The notes under the pieces are model-generated. The model saw only the letters and a list, made by a program, of their open reading frames with translations, searched no databases and was not told where the DNA came from. DNA of 64,000 nucleotides from a virus (Duplodnaviria; Caudoviricetes). Location of the stretch: positions 1,155-65,154 of IMG/VR virus record IMGVR_UViG_3300044634_003731, one strand, 5' to 3'. Positions 44,939 through 55,127 of the stretch are shown one piece after another. The translations under genes and the position numbers were made by a program. How positions within the stretch are numbered: position 1 is the first letter of the stretch; each line of letters starts with the position of its first letter.

Positions 44939-46843
44939 ATGGCGGGAAAAAGTGCAAATTCTTTTGGTGCAAAGAATTGGTCACCGGGACCACCAGCAAC
45001 CAGATATAATGTAAGTGGGAAAAATAGAGAGTTTTATACTTTTGAAAACTCTCCTGGCACAGGTGCTTATGCAACTGGTGGAACAATTATTGATGGTGGT
45101 GATGGGTACATTTACCACATATTTACTGGTAGTGGAACTTTTACGGTTAATCGCCCACCAGCAGCCATTAATAGTGTTGATTATTTGATTGTTGCTGGGG
45201 GTGGTGGAACGACCGCTACTGGAGGGGGAGGTGGCGGTGCTGGCGGAATGTTATTTGGAACAACTTCAGTTAGTATTTCGAGTTATCCAGTTACTGTTGG
45301 TGGTGGTGGAGTTACTACTCCTGGACCACCGGCAATTATTAGAAGCGGAAATCCTTCAAGTGCTTTTGGACTCACTGCCGCTGCTGGCGGCGGTGGTGGT
45401 GCATCTCCAGGTGGTCCTGGTGCATCTGGCGGATCGGGTGGAGGCGGATCATCTCCATTTGGTTCAGGTTCTATTGGAAATACACCATCAACAGTTCCAA
45501 GACAAGGATATGCTGGTGGTTCTGGGGGAGGATCCTTCGCTGGATCAGGCGGTGGTGGTGGCGCTGGTGGAGTTGGAAATGTTGGATCTGGACCACCGGC
45601 AGTAGGTGGTTTAGGAGGTCCTGGGAGAATTGACCAAAATTTTCCAGCAACTATTGTTGGAAAAGCAATACCTGCTCCTGTTTATCCAACTTGGCAACCA
45701 CTTATTAGTCTGGGTGGTTATGCTGCTGGTGGACCTGGATTTCCATCTCCATCACCGAGAACTACACCAACAAATTCTGGTTATGGTGGAAATCCTGGTG
45801 GAACTGCTGGCGGTTCTGGAATTGTTTGTATAAGATACAAAAAAACTGCAGCATATCAAAGAGCAACTGGAGGGACAATAGAACCAAACACTCATCCAGA
45901 ACATCCTGGTGTATGGAGACATATTTTTACTTCTCCTGGTAATTTTACTATTACTGACCCAACACTTCAGTGGATTGATTATTTTGCTGTTGGTGGTGGA
46001 GGTGCTGGTGGAGATATAAATCCAGCAACTGCGGGAGCAGGTGGTGGTGGAGGTGGTGGTGGTTTTGTATCATCTATCCACACTTCAACAACAACTCCAA
46101 CATTAATTCCAGAAGCATATTCTTGGAATCCTGGATATTCTGTACAAGTTGGAGAACAAATGCCAGTTGGTGTTGGTACTTATCCTATTGGCATTGGAAC
46201 TGGTGGAGTTACTACTAATTCCCCGAGAAATGGAAGTCCCACTACGATAGGATTTCCTGGTCCATCACAAATTATTGCTGCAGGTGGTGGAGGTGGCGCA
46301 TCTGTACCTGGAACTGGTGGTTCTGGCGGTTCTGGTGGTGGTTCTAGCACAATAGGACCAGGAATACCCGGAGGTGCAGCAAGTCCTTCACCCGGTATTC
46401 AAGGAAACAGTGGAGGTAATGGAACAGTTACTCCAGGAATTAGAAATGCTGGAGGTGGAGGAGGTGCTGGTGGTGTTGGATTAAATGGACCAGGTTCAGG
46501 AGCTGCACCTTATCCAGGAGTTGCTGGTGGTCCTGGTTGGTATTCTGTATTGTCGCCATCTGCATATGGAACTCCTGGACCACTAACTCCAACTGCACAA
46601 TATAGATATTTTGCTGGTGGTGGTGGTTCTGGGGGAACTTATTGGGTGGGAGGCACTACATCTCCTTCTCCTGGTGGTGCTGGTGGAGCAGGAGGAGGTG
46701 GCACTGGTGGAGCACCACCATCTTCACCTGGTACTTCTGCTGCTACTCCTGGAACTACTAATACCGGTGGTGGTGGAGGTGGAGCAGGAAGTGCTGGGGG
46801 AAATGGAGGACCAGGAATCGTTATTATTCAATATCCAGAATAA
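44939..46843 (+). CDS. Gly/Pro-rich two-repeat virion protein
   Basis: Two ATGGT..HIFT..G.F..DY..V.GGG...GG.GIV.I.Y modules. Confidence 0.75.
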   Translation: MAGKSANSFGAKNWSPGPPATRYNVSGKNREFYTFENSPGTGAYATGGTIIDGGDGYIYHIFTGSGTFTVNRPPAAINSVDYLIVAGGGGTTATGGGGGGAGGMLFGTTSVSISSYPVTVGGGGVTTPGPPAIIRSGNPSSAFGLTAAAGGGGGASPGGPGASGGSGGGGSSPFGSGSIGNTPSTVPRQGYAGGSGGGSFAGSGGGGGAGGVGNVGSGPPAVGGLGGPGRIDQNFPATIVGKAIPAPVYPTWQPLISLGGYAAGGPGFPSPSPRTTPTNSGYGGNPGGTAGGSGIVCIRYKKTAAYQRATGGTIEPNTHPEHPGVWRHIFTSPGNFTITDPTLQWIDYFAVGGGGAGGDINPATAGAGGGGGGGGFVSSIHTSTTTPTLIPEAYSWNPGYSVQVGEQMPVGVGTYPIGIGTGGVTTNSPRNGSPTTIGFPGPSQIIAAGGGGGASVPGTGGSGGSGGGSSTIGPGIPGGAASPSPGIQGNSGGNGTVTPGIRNAGGGGGAGGVGLNGPGSGAAPYPGVAGGPGWYSVLSPSAYGTPGPLTPTAQYRYFAGGGGSGGTYWVGGTTSPSPGGAGGAGGGGTGGAPPSSPGTSAATPGTTNTGGGGGGAGSAGGNGGPGIVIIQYPE

Positions 46844-46854
46844 GGAGATAATAT

Positions 46855-47247
46855 ATGGCACACTTTGCACAGATTGGTATTGATAATGTTGTTTTAAGGG
46901 TTGATGTTGTAAGAAACGAAGATATTCTTGACGAAAATGGAAATGAAAGTGAAGAAATGGGGATACAATACCTCAAATCAGTTCACGGACCATTAACAAA
47001 CTGGTTGCAAACCTCATATAATAATAAGTTTAGATTTCGTTATGCTGGTCCTGGAATGGTTTATAATAATCAATATGATGTATTTTTAAATGCCCAACCA
47101 TATCCATCCTGGACTTTAAATACTGAAACTTTTGAATGGGAATCTCCAATTCCAGAACCAGAACTTACTGAAGAACAAAGAGAGACTGGAAGTTATTATG
47201 AGTGGAATGAAGAAACTCAAGAATGGAAATTGAAAGAACAAACTTGA
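46855..47247 (+). CDS. hypothetical phage protein, companion of the Gly-rich protein
   Basis: MAHFAQI...WLQTSYN..FR..YAG.G...QPYPSW.LN. Confidence 0.75.
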   Translation: MAHFAQIGIDNVVLRVDVVRNEDILDENGNESEEMGIQYLKSVHGPLTNWLQTSYNNKFRFRYAGPGMVYNNQYDVFLNAQPYPSWTLNTETFEWESPIPEPELTEEQRETGSYYEWNEETQEWKLKEQT

Positions 47248-47301
47248 GATTCTTGTAAGAATAATATATAATGAGTGATGAATAGATTATAGGAGATTGA
47301 T

Positions 47302-47922
47302 TTGGCATTTCAATCAATTTGGTATTTTTCAGATATTCCTGAAAAAATCATAGAAACAATAGAAGAAGATTTAACAGATAAGTTTCAAGAACAAATGGGA
47401 GACTCCAGACTGATGGGAGATTCTCTCAATCGTGATAAGAGAAATTCAAAAAATGCCTGGGTCCCAACGCATCATTGGACTGCAGGGTTTGTGTGGCATT
47501 ATATTGAAAGAGCAAATCGTGAGAATTTTCTTTACGATATACGAAATATTGACGGTGAATCTATGCAATTCACTCAATATGGAGTTGGTGAATTTTATAG
47601 TTGGCACAATGATGCTGGTATTTCTTGTCATTATAAACCAGTAAGTGTTGGTAATCATCACGAAGGAAGGGCACAAGATTATTTGAATGAAAATCTTGAA
47701 CTTGTACGAAAACTTTCATTTGTCGTTCAACTTTCAGATCCTGACGATTATGAGGGTGGAAATCTTCAACTTCTTGCAGAGGATGGTAAGTCTTATTTTG
47801 CTCCAAGAAAAAGAGGAACTGTGATTGTTTTTGACTCTAGAACTCAACATAGAGTTTTAAAGGTTACCAAAGGAGTTCGTAAGTCTCTTGTTGGTTGGGT
47901 TGTAGGTCCAAGGTGGAAATAA
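47302..47922 (+). CDS. 2OG-Fe(II) oxygenase (prolyl-4-hydroxylase/PKHD-like)
   Basis: YSWHND, RKLS, YEGG, HRV..VTKG.RKSLVGW. Confidence 0.9.
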   Translation: MAFQSIWYFSDIPEKIIETIEEDLTDKFQEQMGDSRLMGDSLNRDKRNSKNAWVPTHHWTAGFVWHYIERANRENFLYDIRNIDGESMQFTQYGVGEFYSWHNDAGISCHYKPVSVGNHHEGRAQDYLNENLELVRKLSFVVQLSDPDDYEGGNLQLLAEDGKSYFAPRKRGTVIVFDSRTQHRVLKVTKGVRKSLVGWVVGPRWK

Positions 47923-47923
47923 T

Positions 47924-48643
47924 ATGGTAGAACAAATGACAGAAGAGCAACTCTTCTTCCAAGAAAGATTGAATACTGGAACTTCTTGGACTCGTAATGA
48001 GTTTTTTGAAAAAAATGGATATCTTGTGATTAAAAATCTATGGGATTCCCAAGAACTTTATCGGTCAGTTCCGGAAGAAAGAGGACAAATAAATTATTGG
48101 GGTAAAGGATTAGATCAATTTACTTATACTGAAGTTGAACAGCAAGTAGAAGGTTCTCTCGCTTGTTATTGGCATCCACAATATCGGTCAATTCATTCTA
48201 GTATTCGTTTAAAGTTGGAAAAAGAACTTGGAAGAAAATTGTATAAGACTTATTATTACGACCGTTTTTATTTTCCAGGACAAGCACTAACAAGACACGC
48301 AGATCGTGATGCTTGTGAGATTTCAGTAACTGTTCATATCAGTTCTAATCTTAAAACTCCTTGGCCGATTTGGATTAAAACTCCAGATACTTATGCAGAT
48401 AAGAAAAAAACTTTAATTACTCAAAGAGGTGAAAATCGTTCAGTGATTCTAAATGCTGGCGATGGGATGGTTTATAAAGGATGTGAAAGACCTCATTGGA
48501 GAGAACCAATGCATACTGAACATACAAGAACTTGGTATGGTAAAAGAGTAGAGAAAGAAGGTCTTTATTATCACCAAATCTTTTTTCATTATGTTCTTGC
48601 TGATGGCCAAAGAGTACAATGTGCAAATGATATGGCAAAATAA
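47924..48643 (+). CDS. 2OG-Fe(II) oxygenase-like protein
   Basis: RHADRDACEISVT, YKGCERPHWRE, QIFFHY. Confidence 0.8.
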   Translation: MVEQMTEEQLFFQERLNTGTSWTRNEFFEKNGYLVIKNLWDSQELYRSVPEERGQINYWGKGLDQFTYTEVEQQVEGSLACYWHPQYRSIHSSIRLKLEKELGRKLYKTYYYDRFYFPGQALTRHADRDACEISVTVHISSNLKTPWPIWIKTPDTYADKKKTLITQRGENRSVILNAGDGMVYKGCERPHWREPMHTEHTRTWYGKRVEKEGLYYHQIFFHYVLADGQRVQCANDMAK

Positions 48644-48663
48644 AAAAATATTTTTGAACCCCC

Positions 48664-48713
48664 TTGACACCCTCAGAGGTCGGTGTTATGATAAATAGGT
48701 AAACAAATGTTAA
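48664..48713 (+). promoter_or_regulatory. psbA promoter (sigma70 with overlapping late TAAATA)
   Basis: TTGACA-N17-TATGAT overlapping ATAAATA. Confidence 0.7.
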
Positions 48714-48743
48714 GAAATTCACACAATTCTTAACATTGTTAAA

Positions 48744-48850
48744 CACCCATTAACCGAGACCTATGGGGTGTATAAATTACGTCTCTCATATCTTCTCTAG
48801 GGGTGAGAAGAAATATTGAACCATGTTCGTCCCCACGAACTCTTACTTAA
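48744..48850 (+). ncRNA. PhotoRC-II-like cis-regulatory RNA in the psbA leader
   Basis: GAGAC/GTCTC stem, CTTCTC/GAGAAG and GTTCGT/ACGAAC hairpins; family assignment from recall, not from a CM search. Confidence 0.65.
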
Positions 48851-48863
48851 CCCTTTTTCAAAT

Positions 48864-50635
48864 ATGACTGCTTCAATCGCTTCACGCCGTTCTGGCGAAA
48901 ACCTCTGGGAACAATTTTGCCAGTGGGTAACTTCAACCGATAACCGTCTTTATGTTGGTTGGTTCGGTGTTCTGATGATTCCAACGCTGCTTGCTGCTGC
49001 TACTTGTTTCATCATCGCATTTATCGGTGCTCCTCCTGTAGACATTAACTAATCGGTGTCCCTTACTCGTAAGAGTATTGACGAAACTGGGTGAATTGCT
49101 GGAAACCGAAAGGTAATCAGCAGCCAAGCCTCAAGTACACTTGAGGAAGGTTCAGAGACTACCTGAGAGGTTCAGTCCCCTTAATGACAGGTTTAAGTGC
49201 CCAGCCCCTTCTATGAAGGGTGAAGATATAGTCCACACTTCACAGAGTAATCTGAAATAACCTAAGTCTTATGATATGGTTGTTTATATGAAGTTGCGAC
49301 GGGATTCGTGAACCAGTTGCTGGTTCTCTAATGTACGGAAACAATATCATCTCTGGTGCTGTTGTTCCAAGTTCAAATGCTATCGGACTTCACTTCTATC
49401 CCATCTGGGAAGCCGCTTCTCTTGATGAATGGTTGTACAATGGTGGTCCTTTCCAACTGGTTGTGTTCCACTTCCTGATTGGTATCTACTGCTATATGGG
49501 TCGTGAGTGGGAACTTTCCTACCGTCTTGGTATGCGTCCTTGGATTATGGTTGCTTACAGCGCACCTGTTGCTGCTGCATCTGCTGTATTCTTGGTCTAT
49601 CCTTTCGGTCAAGGTTCTTTCTCTGATGCGATGCCTTTGGGTATCTCTGGTACGTTCAACTATATGCTTGTGTTCCAGGCAGAGCACAACATCCTGATGC
49701 ACCCCTTCCATATGCTTGGAGTTGCTGGTGTCTTTGGTGGTTCTCTGTTCAGTGCTATGCACGGTTCGTTGGTGACTTCTTCACTGGTTCGTGAAACCAC
49801 TGAGAATGAGTCTCAGAACTATGGTTACAAGTTTGGTCAAGAAGAAGAGACATATAACATCGTTGCTGCACACGGTTATTTTGGTCGCCTTATTTTCCAA
49901 TATGCTTCCTTCAATAACTCACGTTCACTCCACTTCTTTTTAGCGGCGTGGCCCGTTGTAGGCATCTGGTTCACTGCTCTTGGTGTTTCTACGATGGCTT
50001 TTAACCTCAATCGTCGGGGTCCCGTCCTAGCAATTTGACGGTAAACTTTGGGTGAATTGCTGGAAGCCCTCCATAAATGGGTAATCAGCAGCCAAGTCCA
50101 AGACGCTTCTTGGAAAGGTTCAGAGACTAGGTGGTTTCTCAAGCGTGAGATGTAATACACCAATAGCGCCCAACATCCTAAATGGATGAAGATATAGTCC
50201 TCGCCTTAAAGATGGTAAATTTAAGGAAACAGAGTAACGGTTTCAACTTCAACCAGTCCATTATGAGTTCTGAAGGAAAGGTAATTAATACCTGGGCTGA
50301 TGTACTCAACCGAGCAGGTCTCGGAATGGAAGTGATGCACGAGCGTAGATTTGGGTGTTGCGCTCTTTAAATCGGATGAATTGCTGGAAACCCCAAGAGG
50401 GCAATCAGCATCCAAGTCCAGAGTACACTCTGGAAAGGTTCAGAGACTACCTGAGGAATAGAGTTTCCTTAATAACAGGTTTAAGCGTCCGACACCAGAA
50501 ATGGTGATGATATAGTCCAATCCTGGTAGTAATACCAGACAACCAAAGGAATAAAAGAATGCCCATAATTTTCCTTTGGACCTTGCATCTGTTGAAGCAA
50601 CTCCTGTTGCCTTGACTGCACCGACCATCGGGTGA
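48864..50635 (+). CDS. psbA: photosystem II D1, spliced join(48864..49045,49297..50007,50235..50346,50558..50635), 360 aa
   Basis: Exons restore APPVDI|DGIREP, MAFNL|NGFNF, VMHER|[10 protein letters not shown]; 1083 nt in total. Confidence 0.96.
49046..49296 (+). mobile_element. group I intron 1 in psbA (251 nt, ORF-less)
   Basis: Exon ends in U and pairs with IGS GTGTC; core AATTGCTGGAA, AATCAGCAG, GTTCAGAGACT, AAGATATAGTCC; ends in G. Confidence 0.92.
50008..50234 (+). mobile_element. group I intron 2 in psbA (227 nt, ORF-less)
   Basis: Exon ACCU pairs with GGGT; same P/Q/R/S core; ends in G. Confidence 0.92.
50347..50557 (+). mobile_element. group I intron 3 in psbA (211 nt, ORF-less)
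   Basis: Exon GAGCGU pairs with GCGCTC; same core; ends in G; inserted at ER|NAH. Confidence 0.93.
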
Positions 50636-50702
50636 TATAATAAAGGGGAACTCTTTGGAGTTCCTTTTTTTATAAATAATTAAGCACGAAAGAAAACACG
50701 AA

Positions 50703-51131
50703 ATGACTAAACTATACTCCGACTTGTATAGAACCTGTATGACTTGCGGTGTTGAAAAGAACATTCTAGAGTTTTATATGCGTGATAAGAAAACTGGTAG
50801 GAGGCACTCTGCTTGTAAAGAATGTGATAAAACAAGAGTAAAAGCACGGCATCAAGCAAATCCAGAACGCACGAGAAATAATGACTTGAAGAGAAACTAT
50901 GGTATAACCCTTCAAGAACATCAGGAAATGTATAAAAACCAGAATGGAGTTTGTGCTATTTGTAAAGGTGAAGGTGATGGTAAATGGAAGAAATTATGCG
51001 TAGACCACGACCATAATACAGGTAAAGTTAGGCAATTACTTTGTAGAAATTGTAATATGGTTCTGGGTCAAGTTGGAGACAATCCAAATCTTTTAGAAGA
51101 AATGATTAAATACCTACAAAAGCACCAATAA
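50703..51131 (+). CDS. free-standing EndoVII-type HNH homing endonuclease (F-CphI-like)
   Basis: CAICK...LCVDHDH.TGKVR.LLC..CN..LG; N-terminal CxxC pairs; directly after psbA. Confidence 0.88.
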   Translation: MTKLYSDLYRTCMTCGVEKNILEFYMRDKKTGRRHSACKECDKTRVKARHQANPERTRNNDLKRNYGITLQEHQEMYKNQNGVCAICKGEGDGKWKKLCVDHDHNTGKVRQLLCRNCNMVLGQVGDNPNLLEEMIKYLQKHQ

Positions 51132-51132
51132 T

Positions 51133-51255
51133 ATGTCTCATAATAATCAACATCATCCTATGGAACCCTGGGTAATCTGGGCAGGTGTAGGTATGATGGT
51201 ATTCACAGTTCTTGTGTTTGTTTTATTCACTCTTGGAGTAATTTATTGGGGATAG
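51133..51255 (+). CDS. small membrane protein (40 aa)
   Basis: Hydrophobic ORF between the endonuclease and psbD. Confidence 0.5.
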   Translation: MSHNNQHHPMEPWVIWAGVGMMVFTVLVFVLFTLGVIYWG

Positions 51256-51322
51256 GTAGAAATCTCTATTGACCTCTTTGTTAAGGAATGTTAAGATAAA
51301 TATGAGAAATACATAGGAGGTT

Positions 51323-52384
51323 ATGACTTCTTCAACACTTTCACAACCAATTAACCAGCGAGGATGGTTTGATGTCTTGGATGACTGGCTTAAACGAGAT
51401 CGCTTTGTATTTGTGGGTTGGTCTGGATTACTACTTTTTCCCACTGCTTATCTTGCCCTTGGTGGCTGGCTTACTGGCACAACGTTTGTTACAAGTTGGT
51501 ACACCCACGGGTTGGCGTCTAGTTACCTTGAAGGCGCTAATTTCCTTACGGCTGCTGTGTCAACGCCTGCAGATTCTATGGGTCATTCTCTTCTTCTACT
51601 TTGGGGTCCTGAGTCTCAAGGGGATATCATCAGGTGGTTCCAACTTGGGGGACTCTGGACTTTTGTGGCGCTCCACGGATCTTTCGCTCTGATTGGATTT
51701 ATGCTTCGACAGTTTGAGATTGCACGACTGGTCGGTATTCGCCCTTACAACGCAATCGCATTCTCTGGTCCTATTGCAGTATTTGTTTCTGTATTCTTGA
51801 TGTATCCACTGGGACAATCCAGTTGGTTCTTTGCACCTTCATTTGGTGTTGCTGCAATCTTCAGGTTCCTTCTATTCCTTCAGGGTTTCCACAACTGGAC
51901 TCTCAACCCCTTCCATATGATGGGTGTCGCAGGTATTCTTGGGGGAGCACTGCTCTGTGCGATTCACGGGGCAACAGTTGAAAACACTCTATTTGAAGAC
52001 GGTGACCAAGCAAACACTTTCAAGGCATTTGAACCAACACAAGAGGAAGAGACCTACTCTATGGTCACTGCTAATAGATTCTGGTCTCAGATTTTTGGTA
52101 TTGCTTTTAGTAACAAGCGTTGGCTTCATTTCTTTATGTTGTTTGTGCCTGTTATGGGTCTCTGGACCTCCAGTATCGGTATTATTGGTCTTGCCCTTAA
52201 TCTTCGTGCTTACGATTTTGTTTCTCAGGAGATTCGTGCGGCAGAGGATCCCGAATTTGAGACTTTCTATACGAAGAATATTCTTCTTAATGAAGGACTT
52301 CGAGCGTGGATGGCACCTGTAGATCAACCTCACGAGAACTTTGTGTTCCCAGAAGAGGTTCTCCCTCGCGGAAATGCCCTTTAA
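51323..52384 (+). CDS. psbD: photosystem II D2
   Basis: [23 protein letters not shown]...[10 protein letters not shown]; no intron. Confidence 0.98.
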   Translation: MTSSTLSQPINQRGWFDVLDDWLKRDRFVFVGWSGLLLFPTAYLALGGWLTGTTFVTSWYTHGLASSYLEGANFLTAAVSTPADSMGHSLLLLWGPESQGDIIRWFQLGGLWTFVALHGSFALIGFMLRQFEIARLVGIRPYNAIAFSGPIAVFVSVFLMYPLGQSSWFFAPSFGVAAIFRFLLFLQGFHNWTLNPFHMMGVAGILGGALLCAIHGATVENTLFEDGDQANTFKAFEPTQEEETYSMVTANRFWSQIFGIAFSNKRWLHFFMLFVPVMGLWTSSIGIIGLALNLRAYDFVSQEIRAAEDPEFETFYTKNILLNEGLRAWMAPVDQPHENFVFPEEVLPRGNAL

Positions 52385-52526
52385 TAATAAATAGAGGAGT
52401 TCCACAAGAACTCCTTTTTTTATGCTTCTTATACTTACACTATTCGTAGCATTTGGTTTCTTTATGTTCATAATGTCATTAACACAAAATCACTGACCTC
52501 ATACATAAGAAGGTTGCTTTTTACCA

Positions 52527-52688
52527 ATGAAAACCATAACACTCACAGAAGACCAAGTAAAACTTCTTGCCGATGCGGTATGGATGAGACAAAGATGTTT
52601 TATTGCTGGCGACAAAAGATTCAGAGAATACGGAGTAATGCTAGAAGATATTCTTGGAAACCTTGAATATACGCCATCAAGATATTGA
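52527..52688 (+). CDS. small hypothetical protein (53 aa)
   Basis: MKTITLTEDQVKLLADAVWMRQRCFIAGDKRF. Confidence 0.55.
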   Translation: MKTITLTEDQVKLLADAVWMRQRCFIAGDKRFREYGVMLEDILGNLEYTPSRY

Positions 52689-52799
52689 TTATGAATTATG
52701 GTAGGATCTATTGCTTGGAAAATAATATCTTCAATTCATAACAAAATCTAACACATTAACAAGAACTCATTATAATTAGAAATGAGTTCTTGCTTTTTT

Positions 52800-53462
52800 A
52801 TGAAGATCTTTTTAGACACAGCAGATGTTTCAATGATTAGTTCAGCATATGACACTGGACTATTGGATGGAGTCACTACAAATCCCACTTTAATTCTTAA
52901 AAGTGGGAGACAACTATTAGAAGTTATTGAAGAAATAACAAATTCTTTTTCAAAACTAGAAAGTATTTCAGCAGAGGTAGTTGCAGATAATGCCGAAGAA
53001 ATGCTTTCACAAGCGCAAAAATATTATACAATTGCACCAGCAGTTACTATCAAAGTTCCTTGCACAGTTGAAGGACTTAAGGCTTGTAAATTTCTTTCTG
53101 ATAAAGGAATTCGAGTTAATGTAACATTAGTATTTTCAGTAGCACAAGCAATTCTTGCATCTAAAGCAGGAGCAACATATATCTCACCTTTTGTTGGTCG
53201 TTGGATGGACAATTCTATTGATGGGATTGAACTCATCAAAAATATCCGCAAGGCATTTGATTATTCTGGAACATCTACACAAATTCTTGCAGCATCTCTT
53301 CGTGATGTAAGACAGGTAGAACAATCTGCTCTTGCTGGCGCAGATGTGATTACAATTCCTCCAGTTGTATTCTGGGGAATGTATAAGAATATTATGACTG
53401 ATAAGGGTCTAGAACTCTTTCAGAAGGATTGGGATGAGGTTATTAAATCCACAGAAAAATGA
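52800..53462 (+). CDS. talC: transaldolase (TalC/FSA family)
   Basis: IFLDTAD, GVTTNP, TIKVP, NVTLVFS, YISPFVGR, LAASLR. Confidence 0.95.
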   Translation: MKIFLDTADVSMISSAYDTGLLDGVTTNPTLILKSGRQLLEVIEEITNSFSKLESISAEVVADNAEEMLSQAQKYYTIAPAVTIKVPCTVEGLKACKFLSDKGIRVNVTLVFSVAQAILASKAGATYISPFVGRWMDNSIDGIELIKNIRKAFDYSGTSTQILAASLRDVRQVEQSALAGADVITIPPVVFWGMYKNIMTDKGLELFQKDWDEVIKSTEK

Positions 53463-53665
53463 AGAAAGAACATCAGTGTTGGAATTTCGTAATGTCTTCT
53501 TTCGCTAGAATTTATGGTGTAAACAAAATGAAAAGTGAAGAAAGATTCCATTCATTTGCATTAGAGTGGTGTGATGAACATAATTATACTTGTGATATTC
53601 ATCTTGATGATTTAAATAAGGTTGATAGGTATTTTAGACAACAATACGAATCTTGGGAGGATTAA
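53459..53665 (+). CDS. hypothetical protein
   Basis: ORF coupled between talC and gnd. Confidence 0.6.
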   Translation: MKKEHQCWNFVMSSFARIYGVNKMKSEERFHSFALEWCDEHNYTCDIHLDDLNKVDRYFRQQYESWED

Positions 53666-54700
53666 ATGAAAGTAGGATTAATTGGACTAGGGCGAATGGG
53701 CGAAGGAATGTCCCGTCGTATGATGAAGGCAGGAATAGAAGTATGGGGTTATCGTAGGAATTATGAAAAAGCAAGTGAAGCATATGAAAACGGATATGTG
53801 AATGGAGTTGCAACTACTATCGAAAACCTTGTTAAAATAGTTAAACAAAATAAAAAAGGTAGTACTCAACCAGGCATTTTTCAAATGGTTGTTCCTGCCG
53901 AAACAGTGGAGGAGACTATCAATGAGTTACTACGATATTGTGGTGAAGGAGATATTATTATTGATCATGGCAATAGCAATTTTAAAGACAGTCGGAAGAG
54001 AGCAGAACGTCTGGCAAAAATGGGTATCCAATATATTGATTGTGGCACTAGCGGCGGTGTTTATGGATTGGATCGTGGATACTGTCTTATGGTTGGAGGT
54101 GGAGATACTGCAGTCGCCACTTGTTCAAAGATATTCTCTGCCCTCTCCCCAGATATTCACTCCTGCCATAGAACGGATCCAACATCTGATGTAACTTCTG
54201 CTGAATATGGATGGTTACATTGTGGTGGTCCAGGTGCAGGACATTTCGTAAAGATGGTGCATAACGGCATTGAGTATGGTATTATGCAAGCGTATGCTGA
54301 AGGATTTAACATTATTAAGAATGCTAATGCAGGTGCTCAGTATGTTAGAGAAGGAGATGCAGAGGTTGCCCCTATGGCAGACCCAGAATCCTATTGTTAT
54401 GATATTGATGTTGCTGAGGTTGCTGAGTTATGGCGTCGTGGTAGCGTGGTTGGTAGTTGGTTACTCGATCTTACTGCTGATGTGCTACGCAGGGATGGTA
54501 GCCTTAAACAGTTCTCTGGAGGCGTATCCGACAGCGGTGAGGGTCGTTGGACTGTTTCTGCCGCTGTGGATCTGGGGGTTCCCGCTCCTGTTATTACTAC
54601 AGCACTATTTGAAAGATTTAACTCACGCAATCTCGGATCGTTCGGAGCAAAGATCTTAAATGGAATGCGTTATATGTTTGGGGGTCATTTAACAAGATAA
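53666..54700 (+). CDS. gnd: 6-phosphogluconate dehydrogenase (short form)
   Basis: GLGRMG, IDHGNS, DCGTSGG, GHFVKMVHNGIEYG, SGEGRW, FGGH. Confidence 0.95.
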   Translation: MKVGLIGLGRMGEGMSRRMMKAGIEVWGYRRNYEKASEAYENGYVNGVATTIENLVKIVKQNKKGSTQPGIFQMVVPAETVEETINELLRYCGEGDIIIDHGNSNFKDSRKRAERLAKMGIQYIDCGTSGGVYGLDRGYCLMVGGGDTAVATCSKIFSALSPDIHSCHRTDPTSDVTSAEYGWLHCGGPGAGHFVKMVHNGIEYGIMQAYAEGFNIIKNANAGAQYVREGDAEVAPMADPESYCYDIDVAEVAELWRRGSVVGSWLLDLTADVLRRDGSLKQFSGGVSDSGEGRWTVSAAVDLGVPAPVITTALFERFNSRNLGSFGAKILNGMRYMFGGHLTR

Positions 54701-54810
54701 TATGATTAATTCAGAAACACCTTATAAACTTGCAGAGATCATTCGTGATACTTGGCCTAATCTTTACAGACCCGTAAAAGTATCTTACAATAATAAAAAA
54801 GATACTAAAG

Positions 54811-55083
54811 ATGAACGAATACTGGATCGTAACTGAAAATAGGACTGGAAGAGTCATTGCCCATTGTGGAGATATTAATGATGCAATTATGATGGTTGGA
54901 TTTGATCCTAATCATAGGTCTTATAGTCGTCATCGTTTTATTATGGATCAAGTAATTGATATTACTTCAACAACTGATAAGCAACTTCCAGGACAGATTG
55001 GACTGCCTTCTGGAAAAGTAAATCAAATTAATCCAGAAGTAATTCGACTTAATGAGGGTCAAGGACAACCAGTAATTGTATGA
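54811..55083 (+). CDS. hypothetical protein
   Basis: 90-aa ORF. Confidence 0.6.
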   Translation: MNEYWIVTENRTGRVIAHCGDINDAIMMVGFDPNHRSYSRHRFIMDQVIDITSTTDKQLPGQIGLPSGKVNQINPEVIRLNEGQGQPVIV

Positions 55084-55127
55084 TTATACGCATATAAAAT
55101 AAATAACAAATAATTATATTGGGTAAA

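Noticed and set aside
48816-50628. psbA as a fragmented pseudogene or several small ORFs
   Set aside because: The gaps are group I introns and splicing restores a full-length D1
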